Positions 25,972-44,906 are shown, counted from the first letter of the stretch. The stretch: DNA of 64,000 nucleotides from Eledone cirrhosa (GCA_964016885.1 OZ024749.1:22878001-22942000); one strand, 5' to 3'. Made by a program: numbers and translations. The notes: a model not told the origin generated them from the sequence alone.

Positions 25972-26862
25972 TAATTGTTTCTACTTTAGGCACAAGGCCA
26001 GCAATTAATCCAGTGCATTACTGGTACTTTATTTTATCGACCCTGTAAGGATGAAAGGCAAAGTTAACCTCGGCGGGATTTGAACTCAGATCATAAAGGG
26101 AGGTAACTCTATGCTTCAAAGCATGGCGCCCGACCCTCTACCGATACTGCCAATCCACTGAAAAAATAATGATTATTTTAACGGTAATAGTGGTAATAAT
26201 GATGATGATGATAATGATGATGATGATGATGATGATGACGATGATAATTATGATGGCGGTAATAATTGTTTCTACCTTAGGCACAAGGCCAGCAGTGTAT
26301 TACTGCTATCTTATTTTATTGATCCCGTACGTAAGGATGAAAGGCGAAGCTAAACGTAAAGGGCCATACCTCTATACTGTAAAACATGGTCTCTGACCCT
26401 CTACCGATACTGCCAATCCACCACCCTGTAACCAATTCACCACCCTAATGATAATAATTGTTTCTACTTTCGACACAAGGCCAGCAATTAATCCAGTGAA
26501 TTACTGGTACTTTATTTTATCGACCCCCGTAAGGATGAAAGGCAAAGTTAACCTCGCCGGGATTTGAACTCAGTATTGGTAAGGGCCGTAACTCTGTGCA
26601 TCAAAGCATGGTGTCCGACCCTCCACCGATACTGCCAATCCACAATGATTTCTAGTATAGACACAAGGCCAGTAATTTGAGGGGAGGGGAAAGTCGATTA
26701 AATTGACCCCATTACGTTACTGGTACTTTATTTTATCGACCCCGTACGGGTGAAAGGCAAAGTCAACCTCGGCGGCATTTGAAGTCAGACCATAAAGGGC
26801 CGTAACTCTATGCTGCAAAGCATGGCGTCCGACTCTCAACCGATACTGCCAATCCACCACCC
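25972..26862 (-). mobile_element. Cluster of four same-orientation SINE family A copies
   Basis: Copies at ~25972-26160, 26262-26425, 26453-26642, 26645-26862. Confidence 0.9.
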
Positions 26863-26869
26863 TATGGTG

Positions 26870-26906
26870 CTAACAATAATGATAATGATGATAGTGCTGT
26901 TGTTGT

Positions 26907-26956
<50 letters not shown>

Positions 26957-27285
26957 GTGATGATAACGTTTATGATAAGGATTGTGATGATGATAATGAT
27001 GATTATTACGAAAAGGATTATAATGATAACAATGAGAATTATGACGAGGATAATGGGGACGAGATTAATGATGATAACGTATTTGATGATGATGATGATG
27101 ATGCTGATGATTGTGATGACGATGATGATGATGATGACAATGACGATGTTGATGGTGATGATGATGATGATGATGATAATGATGATGATTGTGACGACGA
27201 TGATGATGATGACAATGACGATGTTGATGATGATGATGATGATGATGATGATAATGATGATGATGATAATAATAAATTCATAACA
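26870..27285. repeat. (GAT)n low-complexity tract
   Basis: Direct reading. Confidence 0.95.
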
Positions 27286-27385
27286 GCATTGATGATATCA
27301 ACAAGGCTATAATTCCATTGCGAAATAATGGAACTATTAAAGTGAGATAAATCTCACGCGTACCCATTTGAACCGTAATTATCCC

Positions 27386-27436
<51 letters not shown>

Positions 27437-28524
27437 CTCTCTTCCTTTCTTTCTTTCTAACTATATTTATTTGTTAAACTAAATTATTTATTATTTTCTG
27501 TCTGGCACCCCTAAACGGTGGAGTTATTCTGGCATTCTGCACGGTAACATCTGAGGTTACACAGTACAAACATATAAATCAAATTTGATTGATCTGAAAT
27601 ATGTTTAAGAGCATGAAACTGCCACCAAATAGAGTAATCGAATTAAAATATGAAATAAACTTTTATGACAAATAAAAATATCTAATAATGTTGAAGAGTA
27701 TACAGCTCCTAATTTTAGATATGTTTCTTCCCCCGGAGAGATGAAAGAATCGACGTTTCGAATAAACCTGATCATCGGTGATAGAAAAATTTAAATTAGA
27801 TAAACTACAGTCGTATTCCTCTCATAAACGACTGTATATTTATCTCTCATCTCTGCATGGGGTAATGGCGTAGGAATCTTTGAAAAATTTCGTATTTCGC
27901 ACAAAGTTGCGTTTGCTAAAATAATTTCCACATGAAATGAAGTCGAATACGACTATTTTCGAATCCTGTATGGTTCTGTTCTTTTCTGTTGTTTTTTTTT
28001 TTTGTTGTTTTTTTTGCATGTACATTGCTGAAGATTGTACATACAAGAGAATTCAATTGACTAGAACTACACCATCCCTCACAAAAAAAAAAAAATTACC
28101 CCAAGCATTTCAGCAATATATGTTTATACGTATTTAGTTGGGGGCGGTAGGATGGGCTTTTGGAGGAAGGAATACCAATGAGAACAGCCATCACACAAAA
28201 TATATATATATACAGAAAAAAAATCATCGATTATTAGAAAGTAATTCTGTAGTAGGATTTGAGCTTAATGTGATGAACAAGATGGAGAGGCAATCTCTGT
28301 AATTGCCTCTCTACTTGTGTGGCTTTAATATAAAATAAATCCGCAAGAGATTTAGGGAATAGGATTCGAACAATAGAAACTAAAAAAAAGAAAAGACCAC
28401 CTACCCCACCGAAAAATCTGTAAGCTCTAAATATTGCTGACAGCTAACGACTCTATACTGCACTAAATCATATATGCATAGGTTTTATATTAAATAGCAT
28501 ATAGGTACGTGTATATATATATGA

Positions 28525-28635
<111 letters not shown>

Positions 28636-28788
28636 TGCATTTATACATATATTCATGTGTGTGTGCATATATATATATATATATATATGCATTTACACAT
28701 ACATTCATGTTTATATACATATATATATGTGTGCGTGTGCAAATTTTATGGATGTATATTTATATATGTTAATATGTATATATTTGTC

Positions 28789-28840
<52 letters not shown>

Positions 28841-29280
28841 TATGTATATATGGGTGTGCGGGTGTTTGTATGTATGTATATATATACATTCATATAAAAA
28901 TAAGTCAAACAACACAATTAAGAAGTAATACTGATGCAAATGGAAAAACACTCTAAGCTAAGAGTCGTTAAGAGACACAGGTGAACTGTACAATACTAGA
29001 TACTCACAAAAGTTGAAAAATATCTTTTTTGTTCTATTTCCATCGAACGTAAATATGTGAAACGTCAATTTCCTTATAACATACTAACTAAGGCAAATAC
29101 ATGAATGTATACCCCCCCCCCCCATATTTATATATATATGTGTATATATATATGTATAGAGAGAGAGAGAGGGAGAGGGTGAGAGAGAGAGAGATTTCTT
29201 TGTCTGTGCGTGTGTGTGTTTGCGTGGGTATATGTTTATATGAACTGTAAAAGATATTGTGATTGAGTTACTGGTAGACG

Positions 29281-29352
<72 letters not shown>

Positions 29353-29677
29353 TTTTAATTTATAAGGAATTGGAGTGAACCAACTGGTGAGTGTGTCTCT
29401 TATTGGCAACATGACCCTCCCAAATTATAACATTATACATATATATATATATATATATATATTGATGTATATCCATATGTACATTTATACTTGTATATAT
29501 ATATTCATATTTATATATATAAATATGCATATATATATTTATATATATACATTTATATATATATAAATATATATGTGAAAGATACACACACATGCACACA
29601 AACACGCACACACACACACAGACACACACACACACACACACACGCACACACACACACACACACACACATACACACAT

Positions 29678-29729
<52 letters not shown>

Positions 29730-29762
29730 GTATATATTTATGAAAGATACACACACACACAG

Positions 29763-29796
<34 letters not shown>

Positions 29797-30052
29797 TAGT
29801 TTAGCGAGGTTTTTTATATGAAATCGTGTGTCGAAACAAATATTGTTATACTTGGGGAGGGTCATATTTGTGTAATATTGCCAGAATTAATAACAGAACA
29901 CACTCACTGTTTGGTTGGTTTTCGCTTCTCGCTGTCTTTTATATCTGTAATCTAGCTTACTCGGTCCTCAATGTTGCCATTGACTGACCGACGGTCAAAA
30001 ATATTACAGATACAATATAGACATAAACACATATATATAGTTTACATAATTT

Positions 30053-30092
30053 ACATAAATCTTTCGTTGCACATCTGCAACATCGTCAGTGG
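30053..30092 (-). ncRNA. Minimal hammerhead
   Basis: CA-CUGACGA-U-GUUGCA-gaug-UGCAAC-GAAA-GAUU-UA-UG; stem II covaries with 58812-58854. Confidence 0.75.
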
Positions 30093-30350
30093 TGTTATAT
30101 TTTCCTCCTGTTGTGTTGTATGTCTACGCCATTTTTTATTCAGTCTGTCTATATATTTATTTATTTATTTGCTTGTTTGTTTATTTTATTTTGTCTTCTT
30201 TGCGCATGCGTTTGCGTGTGTGTATAGTGTTATGTTTGTTGTGTGACTAGTGTGTATAGTGTTGTGTTTGCTGGGTGACTAGTGTGTGTTTATGTGCTTG
30301 TTGTTATTGTGCTTTTGCATGTGTTTATTTATCTTATTTTATTTACTTAT

Positions 30351-30905
30351 TTATACTTCTCTTAGGTCAGTGTTGTTTGTTTGGGTGTTGTTGCTATTCC
30401 ACTCATTCTTTCTGTTTAGCTTTGGTCTTCTAATTTCTATTTCACTGGCCTCTCTGATTTGCCTATCTGCTGGGTCATTTCTATGTTTAGATATTATTCT
30501 AATTTCTATGTTGTCTATGTTACCGTCATGTTGTTGTCTTGCATGTTCGTATAGTACTGACCCGTTTTTTCGTCCTTTTAGTTCCCCCCAGTGTTGGTCT
30601 ATCCTTTCACCTATGCTACGAGCTGTCTCACCTATGTATGTTGTTGTCATGTTTCTGCAAGTACCCTCTGTACATCTTATGCTATAGACTACGTTTCTAG
30701 TTTTACAGTTTATCCGGGGGTTCACCTTACATATGATACATTTCCTATTGGTACAGTGGGTTTTCTTAAAAGGGTAGGTTTTGCTGATCAGGGATTTTAT
30801 GGTGGTTCCTGGCTTTTCTACCACCTTTATTTTTAAGTGGGTCCTTCTCAGGGCCTTTCTACACTGGTTAGCTAATTTCCCTCCAGGGGTGGCGTCCACA
30901 AACAT
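30351..30905 (-). pseudogene. PLE GIY-YIG endonuclease domain with Cys-rich linker
   Basis: FVDATPGG.LA, KVVEKPG, C..C..C...NC.TRNVVY.I.C, YIGETAR...R..QH, RQIREA, LNRKNEW. Confidence 0.92.
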
Positions 30906-31342
30906 GAGACTCTGATATCTCTGGTTGTCGTACCATGATGTGGCTTCCCTATCTTATGTCTAGCCCTATCTAAGCTATTCCATGATTTGCTCCTGTATAA
31001 TGGGCAAATTCCTTTCAACCAAAGAGACAGAGTCAGAGTATACGAAGGAGCCATGGAAAAGTAATATTTTTGACCGTCGGTCAGTCATTGGCAACATTGA
31101 GGACCGAGTAAGCTAGATTACAGATATAAAAGACAGCGAGAAGCGAAAACCAACCAAACAGTGAGTGTGTTCTGTTATTAATTCTGGCAATATTACACAA
31201 ATATGACCCTCCCCAAGTATAACAATATATTTATATTTATATTCATATATATATGTATATATATATATGAAAGATACACACACAGACACACAAACACACA
31301 CCCACACACATATATATATAAATATATGTATATATATTAAAT

Positions 31343-31452
<110 letters not shown>

Positions 31453-31628
31453 CATCCCCTCTTAATGTCCTCTCTTGCAATATCTATATTTGGCTAAACA
31501 TAATGCTTAGAATTTTTTTAAATGAATCCTCTCTTTAAACAGCACCTCCAATCCCTCATGTTCCTTCCATGTCATCGTAGGCATAATATAAAAAAATATA
31601 TATAAGCTGATTAGCGTTATACATAGAT

Positions 31629-31690
<62 letters not shown>

Positions 31691-31751
31691 TTATACTTGT
31701 ATATATATATAGAGAGAAATATAATTATATCAATATGCACATATATCGATG

Positions 31752-31786
<35 letters not shown>

Positions 31787-31820
31787 ATAAATTTAAATAT
31801 ATATATACATATATATATAT

Positions 31821-31863
<43 letters not shown>

Positions 31864-31888
31864 TATATATACATACATTTATATTCAT

Positions 31889-31952
<64 letters not shown>

Positions 31953-32361
31953 TTAAATATATATACATATATATGTATAACAAATCTTTGCAAATCTATT
32001 TACGAAATATATTATCAGTTAGCGGTTCACACATGATGCATGAGTTTATCAACACTATGACATTCTAGGTAGATATATAAAGAATATAATTCTATAATAC
32101 TATATCGTGTTCATGTTTGTCGTCGTGCTTGTGGTCGTTGGGGGTGACGTAGCATCGTGCCGTACCTTAATTGTGTGTTGATATTCATCATGATATTACT
32201 GTTACATATTGCTGCTGTTGTTGTTGTTGTTGTTGCTGTTGTATTTGTACTCGCTCTATTGTTGTGTTCTCTTTATATATAAGCATACCTGCACACGCGC
32301 ATACACACATACACACAGACACACTCATATATATATATATATGTGTATATATATATATAAA

Positions 32362-32400
<39 letters not shown>

Positions 32401-32505
32401 GTATATTTATATGTATATATATATATGTCTATAGATATATACGTATATATACATATATATATATATGCATATAGATATTATGTATGTAGATATATAGATA
32501 TATGC

Positions 32506-32546
<41 letters not shown>

Positions 32547-32576
32547 TATAAACATGTATATATGTATATATATACA

Positions 32577-32636
<60 letters not shown>

Positions 32637-32699
32637 TATATACATATATATGCATATATGTTTATGTGTATATATATGTATATATATATATATATATCG

Positions 32700-33730
32700 C
32701 TGCCCTTGTTCCCATTGCTGTTGTCGTTGTTGTTGTTCTTTTTATTGTTGTGCTTGACGTTGTTTTTCTTGTGGCCGTTGGAGGTGGTGATGGTGCGTGT
32801 CGTGTACATAAAGATATAAAATTATATTTCCTCTCGGCATATTTTGTTGCTGTAGTTGCTGCTATTGTTACTGCTGCACTTGTTGTTACTGCTGCACATC
32901 TAGGTGCAGTTGTTGTTGTTGTGGGTGGTGGTGAGGTACCTACTATGAGAATATCTTGTTATACGTGATGATAACGCTCTCAGATTTTTAGTAGCTGCTG
33001 TTATTGTTGCTATTGTTGCTGTTCTTATTGCTCTTGCAACTGCAGTTTCTGCTGCTGGCATTGTTGTTGTTGTTGCTGTTGTTGTTCTTGGTGGTTTGTG
33101 GTGGTGGTGGTGGGGTTGTTGTTGTTGTTGATGTTGTTGTTGGAAGTGGTGGTGGTGGCGGTGTTGGTGGCCGTGGTTGTGGTGAGGTACGTGCTATGAG
33201 AATGTCTCATAGGTGATGATAACAGTTTCAGATTATTTGTTGGTGGTGTTATCGTTACTGCTGCTGCTGAGACTGTTGTTGTTGCTACTGTTGTTGTTAC
33301 TGCCCTTGTGTCAGCTGCTATTGTTGTTGTTACGATTGTTGCAGTTCTTGATGTCATTATTGGAGTCGATGATGTTGATGATAGCGTGAGCTATGATTTC
33401 ATGTTGGTCGATATACGTGACAATATCGAGAATAGATTTGTGTTATGGTGTAATGGTGTTATTTTTTGTCATTGTTGTTGTTGTTGCTAGTGCTGTTGTT
33501 GTTGTTGTGGTTGTTGTTGTCGTTTTTGTTGATGTCTTCTATGTTGTTGTTATTGGTTTTATTGCATTCGTATTTGCTGTTGTTAGTGGTGTTGCCGTTG
33601 TGATTGGTGTTTTTCTTGATGTTTCTTGTTGTTGTAGTTCATGGCGTCATCTTTGTTGTTGTTGGTGATGTTAATGTTGTTGCTGTTGTTATTGTTAGTG
33701 GTGTTGCCATTTTTGTTGTTTGTGTTTTTC

Positions 33731-33763
<33 letters not shown>

Positions 33764-36700
33764 TCGTCGTCGTCATTGTTGTTGTTGTTGTTATTCTGGT
33801 TGTTGCGTGGGTCGTATTGCGGGTTTTGTGGTTCGAGTTTCTCTTCATGTTTTCGTTATTGTTGTTTTTCGAGTTGTTTTTGAAGTTGTCGTTGGCTTTG
33901 TGGTTGTTAGTGGTGTTATTGTTGTCGTTGTTGTGTTTTATTTTGGTATTGTTGTTGTTGGAGGTGTTTTTGTTGTTGGTCATTTATCAGTGGTTTTTAT
34001 TGTTGTAGTTAATATGCTGGCTTTGTTGTCTTGGCATTGTTGTTATGGACATGGTACATTGGCGTTGGTATTGCTGTTGTTGCTGTTGGTATTGCTGTTG
34101 TTGGTGTTGGTATTGCTGTTGTTGGTGTTGGTATTGCTGTTGTTGGTATTGCTGTTGTTGGAGTTGATATTGCTGTTGTTGGTGTTGGTATTGCTGCTGT
34201 TGGTGTTGGTATTGCTGTTGTTGGTATTGCTGTTGTTGTTGTTGGTATTGCTGTTGTTGGTATTGCTGTTGTTGGTATTGGTATTGGTATTGCTGTTGTT
34301 GGTAATGCTGTTGTTGTTGTTGGTATTGCTGTTGTTGTTGTTGGTATTGCTGTTGTTGGTATTGCTTTTGTTGTTGTTGTTGGTATTGCTGTTGTTGGTA
34401 TTGCTGTTGTTGTTGTTGGTATTGCTGTTGTTGTTGGTATTGCTGTTGTTGTTGTTGATGTTGCTGTTATGTTGGTATTGCTGTTGTTGTTGTTGGTATT
34501 GCTGTTGTTGGTATTGCTGTTGTTGTTGTTGGTATTGCTGTTGTTGGTAATGCTGTTGTTGTTGTTGTTGGTATTGCTGTTGTTGGTAATGCTGTTGTTG
34601 TTGTTGGTATTGCTGTTGTTGGTATTGCTGTTGTTGGTGTTGGTATTGCTGTTGTTGGTATTGCTGTTGTTGTTGTTGGTATTGATGTTGTTGTTGTTGG
34701 TATTGCTGTTGTTGTTGTTGGTATTGCTGTTGTTGGTATTGCTGTTGTTGTTGTTGGTGTTGCTGTTTTGTTTGTATTGCGGTTGTTGTTGTTGGCATTG
34801 CCGTTGTTGTTGTGGGTGTTGCTGTTTTGTTGGTATTGCTGTTGTTGTGGTTGGTATTGCCGTTGTTGTTGTTGGTGTTGCTGTTTTGTTGGTATTGCTG
34901 TTGTTGGTATTGCTGTTGTTGTTGTTGATGGTATTGCTGTTGTTGGTATTGTTGTTGTTGGTATTGCTGTTGTTGTTGTTGGTGTTGCTGTTTTGTTGGT
35001 ATTGCTGTTGTTGTTGTTGGTAATGCTGTTGTTGGTATTGCTATTGTAGTTGTTGGTATTGCTGTTGTTGCTATTGCTGTTGTTGTTGTTGGTATTGCTG
35101 TTGTTGGTTATTGGTATTGCTGTTGTTGGTATTGCTGTTGTTGTTGTTGGTATGGGTGTTGTTGTTGTTGGTATTGCTGTTGTTGGTATTGCTGTTGTTG
35201 GTGTTGCTATTATTGTTGTTTGTATTGCTATTGTTGTTGTTGGTATTGCTGTTGTTGGTATTGCTGTTGTTGTTGTTGGTATTGCTGTTGTTGTTGTTGG
35301 TATTGCTGTTGTTGGTATTGCTGTTGTTGTTGTTGGTATTGCTGTTGTTGGTATTGCTGTTGTTGGTGTTGGTATTGCTGTTGTTGGTATTGCTGTTGTT
35401 GGTGTTGGTATTGCTGTTGTTGGTATTGCTGTTGTTGGTATTGCTGTTGTTGGTGTTGCTGTTGTTGGTATTGCTGTTGTTGGTGTTGGTATTGCTGTTG
35501 TTGGTATTGCTGTTGTGGGGTTTGCTGTTGTTGATTTTGCTGTTGTTGGTGTTGGTATTGCTGTTGTTGTTGTTGGTATTGCTGTTGTTATTGTTGGTAT
35601 TGCTGTTGTTGGTGTTGGTATTGCTGTTGTTGGTGTTGGTATTGCTGTTTTTGGTATTGCTGTTGTTGGTATTGCTGTTGTTGGTATTGCTGCTGTTGGT
35701 GTTGCTGTTGTTGGTATTGCTGTTGTTGGTGTTGGTATTGCTGTTGTTGTTGTTGGTATTGCTGTTGTTTGTGTTGGTATTGCTGTTGTTGGTGTTGGTA
35801 TTGCTGTTGTTGATGTTGTTATTGCTGTTGTTGGTATTGCTGTTGTTGGTGTTGCTGTTGTTGTTATTGCTGTTGTGGTGTTGGTATTGCTGTTTTTGGT
35901 GTTGGTATTGCTGTTGGTGTTGTTGGTATTACTCTTGTTGGCTTTACCATTTTGTTAGTATTGCTTTTGTTGGTATTGCTGTTGTTGGTGTTGGTATTGC
36001 TGTTGTTAGTGTTGGTATTGCTGTTGTTAGTGTTGGTATTGCTGTTGTTGGTGTTGGTATTGCTGTTGTTGGTACTGCTGTTGTCGGTATTGCTGTTGTT
36101 GGTGTTGGTATTGCTGTTTTGTTGGTATGGCTGTTGTTGTTGTTGGTATGGCTGTTGTTGTTGTTGGTATTGCTGTTGTTGGTATTGCTGTTTTTGGTTT
36201 TGGTATTGCTGTTGTTGTTATTGCTGTTGTTGGTGTTGGTGTTGCTGTTGATGGTATTGCTGTTGTTGGTGTTGCTTTTGTTGGTATTGCTGTTGTTGGT
36301 GTTGGTATTGCTGTTATTGTTGTTGGTATTGCTATTGTTGGTGTTGGTATTGCTATTTTGTTAGTATGGCTGTTGTTGTTGTTGGTATTGCTGTTGGTGT
36401 TGTTGGTATTACTCTTATTGGCTTTGCCATTTTGTTAGTATTGTTGTTGTTGGTGTTGCTGTTGTTGGTGTTGCTGTTTTTGGTATTGCTGTTGATGGTG
36501 TTGGTATTGCTCTTGTTGGTGTTGCTTTTATTGTGTTGGTATTGCTGTTGTTGATGTTGCTGTTATTGGTGTTGTTATTGCTGTTGTTGGTATAGTTTTT
36601 TTTGGTATTGCTGTTGTTGGACTTGGTATTGCTGCTGTTGGTATTGCTGTTGTTGGACTTGGTATTGCTGTTGTTGGTATAGTTGTTGTTGGTATTGGTG

Positions 36701-37520
36701 TTGATATTGTTGGTATTGGTATTGCTTTTGTTGGTATTGCTGTTGTTGTTGTTGGTATTGCTGTTGTTGGTATTGGTATTGCTGTTGTTGGTGTTTGTAA
36801 ATCTGTTGTTGGTATTGGTATTGCTGTTGTTGGTGTTTGTAAATCTGTTGTTGGTATTGGTATTGCTGTTGTTGTTGGTGTTTCTGGTTTCGGTATTGCT
36901 GTTGTTGTTGTTGGTGTTGCTGTTGTTGGTGTTGGTAATGCTGTTTTGTTGGTATTGCTGTTGTTGGTAATGCTGTTGCTGGTGTTTGTATTACCGTTGT
37001 TGGTATTGTTGTTGTTGGTGTTGGTATTGCTGTTGTTGCTGTTGTTGTGTTGGTATTGCTGTTGTTGATGTTGTTGTTGGTGTTAGTATTGCTGTTGATT
37101 GTGTTGGTATTGCTGTTGTTGTTCTTGGTATTGCTGCTTTGCTGGTATTGCTGTTGTTTGTATTGCTGTTGTTGGTGTTGGTATTGCTGTTGTTGGTATT
37201 GCTGTCGTTGGTATTGCTGTTGTTGGTATTGCTGTTGTTGGTATTGCTGTTGTTGGTATTGCTGTTGTTGGTATTGCTGTTGTTGGTATTGCTGTTGTTG
37301 GTGTTGGTGTTGCTGGTGGTGATGTTATTGATATTGGTCTTGTTGTTATTACTGATGTTGGTGTTGATGTTGTTGTTATTGCTGTTGACGTTGGTATTAC
37401 TGTTGTTGTTTTTACTTTTATTGTTGTTGCGAGCTGATGGAGATGTGGCGATTGCTGGTAGTGAGGTTGTTGTCAATCCTGCTGCTTTTGTTGTTGTTGC
37501 TGTTGTTGCTGTTGTTATTG
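32700..37520. repeat. (GTT)n-derived low-complexity block with a ~3.3-kb core of GGTATTGCTGTTGTT units (34060-37320)
   Basis: Direct reading; - strand translates as TTAIP repeats with frameshifts. Confidence 0.92.
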
Positions 37521-37726
37521 TGAGCTCATATCCAGTGAAAGAGAGATTGATGAAAGATGTGTGAAACAGTACGGTGTATAATTTCCTATAGTGGTGTCGA
37601 CGAATCGTATGTGAAGACTGCAGTGTGGCAAACCATGGGAGGTCCGGATATCTGTGCATACTTATGAACTGATTTGATTATAATACTAAATATATACAAT
37701 ATATATAGACAACATATATATATACA

Positions 37727-37792
<66 letters not shown>

Positions 37793-37823
37793 ACATAAAC
37801 ATATCTTTGTATGCATGCTTGTA

Positions 37824-37874
<51 letters not shown>

Positions 37875-38010
37875 CTTTATGTAAGTGCGTGCGTGTGATT
37901 GTATAAATAGGTTCTCTTTATAACACTATAATACTGTTGCTCTCTCTCTCCCTCTCTCTCGCTCAATCTCTCTGTCTGTCTGTCTCTCTCTCTCTCTATA
38001 TATATATATA

Positions 38011-38119
38011 TAGGAACGAGTAGGACTCCCACGGCTGAGCTCAAGCCGTTTCGACGGCTAATTCTGGACAGTACTTTGGTGCGTTATGGTCCACCTGGTT
38101 CCTTACCACTTTTCCTTCG

Positions 38120-38122
<3 letters not shown>
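38011..38122 (-). mobile_element. 112-bp mini-insertion of the Naiad family (59 nt of pLTR end + inverted tail)
   Basis: 38011-38069 is the reverse complement of 14399-14457; 38070-38122 matches 10949-11001. Confidence 0.9.
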
Positions 38123-38158
<36 letters not shown>

Positions 38159-38742
38159 TATATGTGTGTGTGTGTGTGCGTGCACTTTTATGTATAGTTT
38201 TGTGAATTTACACGTATACATAAAATTAGATACCTAAGTAGTTACCTTCTCAGGCATCATGTATACCCAAATGTAAAAAGATACCTGTATGTATATACAG
38301 GTATGTTCGTATGTGTGTATGTGTCTATGTGTGTATGTGTGTATCTGCGTATGTGTGTATGTGTCTATGTAGGGATATAAGTATGTTTTTGCCTAAGCTT
38401 GTAATTTGTGCACAAATCTGTCTGGATTTGTCAGATTCAATATATATGTATATGTATGTATGTGCATATATGTGTATGAATGTGCGTGCGTTTGTGTGTG
38501 TCTGTGTCTACGATGGCGCATGCCTGTAAGCTTGCATTTCAAGATTAAGATTTATTGATATATCACGTGTGATTTTCATTCGCTCATCTTCATGTCTCAA
38601 CGCACAATGAGGAGGTGCACAATATAACACACACACACATAGAAGCAGACATACACATCCAGCAACACACACACACATACATACACATGCACATACATAC
38701 ACATTCATATATATATATATATGCATACCTATATATGTATTT

Positions 38743-38782
<40 letters not shown>

Positions 38783-38833
38783 CATACATATATACATGTA
38801 TTTCGTATAGATATATGTGTATATATGGTGTAT

Positions 38834-38892
<59 letters not shown>

Positions 38893-38895
38893 TAT

Positions 38896-38944
<49 letters not shown>

Positions 38945-38946
<2 letters not shown>

Positions 38947-39350
38947 GATAAATCTACCAAGAGTTTACGGTAGTGTCCAATCCGTATGAAGAACTCAATG
39001 TATTCCGGATATCATGGAAAGAAGAGATGTAATGAAAATCCAATTTCGGTGAAAGAAAAACGGTATACAGAGTCAAGATAAAATATTAAACAAATAATGA
39101 ACAAACAATTCCTTATATTAAACAAAAAAAGTTCACTATTTAACGATCGTTTCTGAAGACGGCGTATATATGAGTTAGGTATGTATATTTAATCTTGATA
39201 ATTTGTATAATTTTGTATAATTTTGTACATAGATCTGTTAAATATGCATACCAATTATAGCACATATATGCCCTAGAAACGATCGTTAAATAGTGAACTT
39301 TTTTTGTTTAATATAAGGAATTGTTTGTTCATTATTTGTTTAATATTTTA
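38945..39350. mobile_element. Fold-back PLE remnant: 134-nt tail, 76-bp arms (39079-39154 / 39275-39350) enclosing a hammerhead-like motif at 39150-39290 (+)
   Basis: CUGAAGA-C-GGCGUAUAU...AUAUAUGCC-CUA-GAAA-CGAUCG-UU-AAA; same ends as 16821-18311. Confidence 0.88.
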
Positions 39351-39546
<196 letters not shown>

Positions 39547-39897
39547 AATAAATATATATACATGTTTATCTTGAGAATTTTACCCGCCCTAAATAGATGT
39601 ATATAGATACATATATCTATATACATATCGATATACACACACACAGACGTACACACATACACATACACACACCCACATACACACACACATACACATATAT
39701 ATATGTGTGTGTGTATATATATGTATACATTCATGTGCGGGAGTTTGCAATGTTTACGAATGTTTGTACTATTCTACTTAAGTGTATTGATGAGTACTTT
39801 CTCGCTACTCTGCAATTCACACCGGTTTGAACCTGTATTTACTTACACATACCTACATGTATACACACACACGCACACACACACACATATATATATA

Positions 39898-39961
<64 letters not shown>

Positions 39962-40011
39962 GACATATATATATAACTATAATTATATATGTGAGTATAT
40001 ATGTATATGTG

Positions 40012-40054
<43 letters not shown>

Positions 40055-40156
40055 CAGACATATATATATAACTATAATTACATATATATATAACTATAAT
40101 TATATATGTGAGTATATATGTATATGTGTATTTATATATATATATATAATATATGC

Positions 40157-40215
40157 GTCCAGAATTAGCCGTCGAAACGGCTTGAGCTCAGCTGTCGGGG
40201 TCTTACTGGTTCCTA
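40157..40215 (+). mobile_element. 59-bp Naiad pLTR end (hammerhead 3' half)
   Basis: Matches 14399-14457. Confidence 0.92.
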
Positions 40216-40222
40216 TATAGAT

Positions 40223-40277
<55 letters not shown>

Positions 40278-40278
40278 C

Positions 40279-40310
<32 letters not shown>

Positions 40311-40814
40311 ATATATATATATATGTGTATGTGTGCGTGTGTGTGTGTGTGAAAACATCGCCAAGTGAACTTAAAATTCCAGTGGAAGCCAAAGTAATTC
40401 CGTATATCTATTGGCATTTGTAGCGTCCAACGAGGAATTAGATGATGAGGAAAATACACAAACATGCGCACAACCGCATTCACACACATTCACACACAAA
40501 CGCACACATTCATACATACACACATATACATATTCACACATAGACGGGCTTACACACTCAGAAATAAGACAACAACAACGAACACGAAGGGAACTATCAA
40601 ATAAACACATAACAAAATAATAGAAAGTAAAAACACGAAATATATATGTAATATAGGGTTTGTTTGTTTTGGTGTGTTTTGGAAAACTTTGTGGTGATTC
40701 TATAATGGGATTGGAAAGCTATGTTTTCTTCCAAAATAGAAAGTAGCAATGTCCATTTCGTTTCCTCCTTTTCTATATTCTTCGCAATTGTGTTGATGGA
40801 TAATTTTCTATTTA

Positions 40815-40871
<57 letters not shown>

Positions 40872-41029
40872 GTTTATGCGACATTGTTTGTGTTTTTGTT
40901 TTGTTTCAAAGGGAGAGAAGCACCACGTCGAGGGTAACTTGCAACAGTTGTTTTCTTTCACGTTGCAGTGCCAATTGTATCCACTGTTTCTATATTGTAT
41001 AGTATATATATATATTGTATAGTTTACTG

Positions 41030-41130
<101 letters not shown>

Positions 41131-41134
41131 AAAC

Positions 41135-41179
<45 letters not shown>

Positions 41180-41189
41180 AAATACACAA

Positions 41190-41220
<31 letters not shown>

Positions 41221-41266
41221 AATACATCATTCGTTCATCTTCACGTCTCAACGTACAATGAGTGAA

Positions 41267-41390
<124 letters not shown>

Positions 41391-41416
41391 CATATATACA
41401 AATTTATTATTATTAC

Positions 41417-41471
<55 letters not shown>

Positions 41472-41559
41472 CTGTGTGTGTATATATACATACATGTATA
41501 TAATAATTATTTACACATATATACATTGTGCTCGTCATCGACGTTAATTCTATTTTATT

Positions 41560-44210
<2,651 letters not shown>

Positions 44211-44381
44211 CATTCTGTCTATTACATATTATTGCAATTGCTCTCGACCGATGTTCAAATATATATTAACTAAATCTAATAATTATATTTAAACATATAT
44301 ACATAAACACACACGTAAACACACTTTAACACTGACACACACACATGTATATATACATACATATGAGGGTGTGTGTATGTA

Positions 44382-44449
<68 letters not shown>

Positions 44450-44465
44450 AATACATATGTAAATT

Positions 44466-44503
<38 letters not shown>

Positions 44504-44570
44504 TATTTATAAATATATTTATATATATATATACATAAATTTACATATACACAAGCGCACTCATATATAA

Positions 44571-44610
<40 letters not shown>

Positions 44611-44840
44611 TTATTTATAAATATATACGTATGTATGTATGTATATATGTATGTATGTATGTAAGGTATGTATGATTGTATGTATGTACGTACGTGTTGG
44701 TGTCACCTCTGACAAACGGCCAAAACACGTGTTGCATAGTTGCAAATGTCCCTTTGCTGATGCTAAAAGTGTTATTACGTAAAATTGATGAATATGATTT
44801 ACGCACAAACACACTTACACGCACACACACGCGCACGCAA

Positions 44841-44877
<37 letters not shown>

Positions 44878-44906
44878 CACGCACGCGCACGCGCACACAC
44901 ACACAA

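Larger units (their letters stand above)
29797..31228 (-). mobile_element. 5'-truncated PLE with 168-bp inverted arms (29840-30007 / 31061-31228) and a 43-nt tail
   Basis: Arm match; endonuclease ORF and hammerhead both on - strand; TA-rich flanks. Confidence 0.92.

Noticed and set aside
27745-27785. Minus-strand hammerhead-like CCGAUGA...GAAACGUC, and a similar weak motif at ~60280-60325
   Set aside because: Core mutated and stems I/II do not pair convincingly
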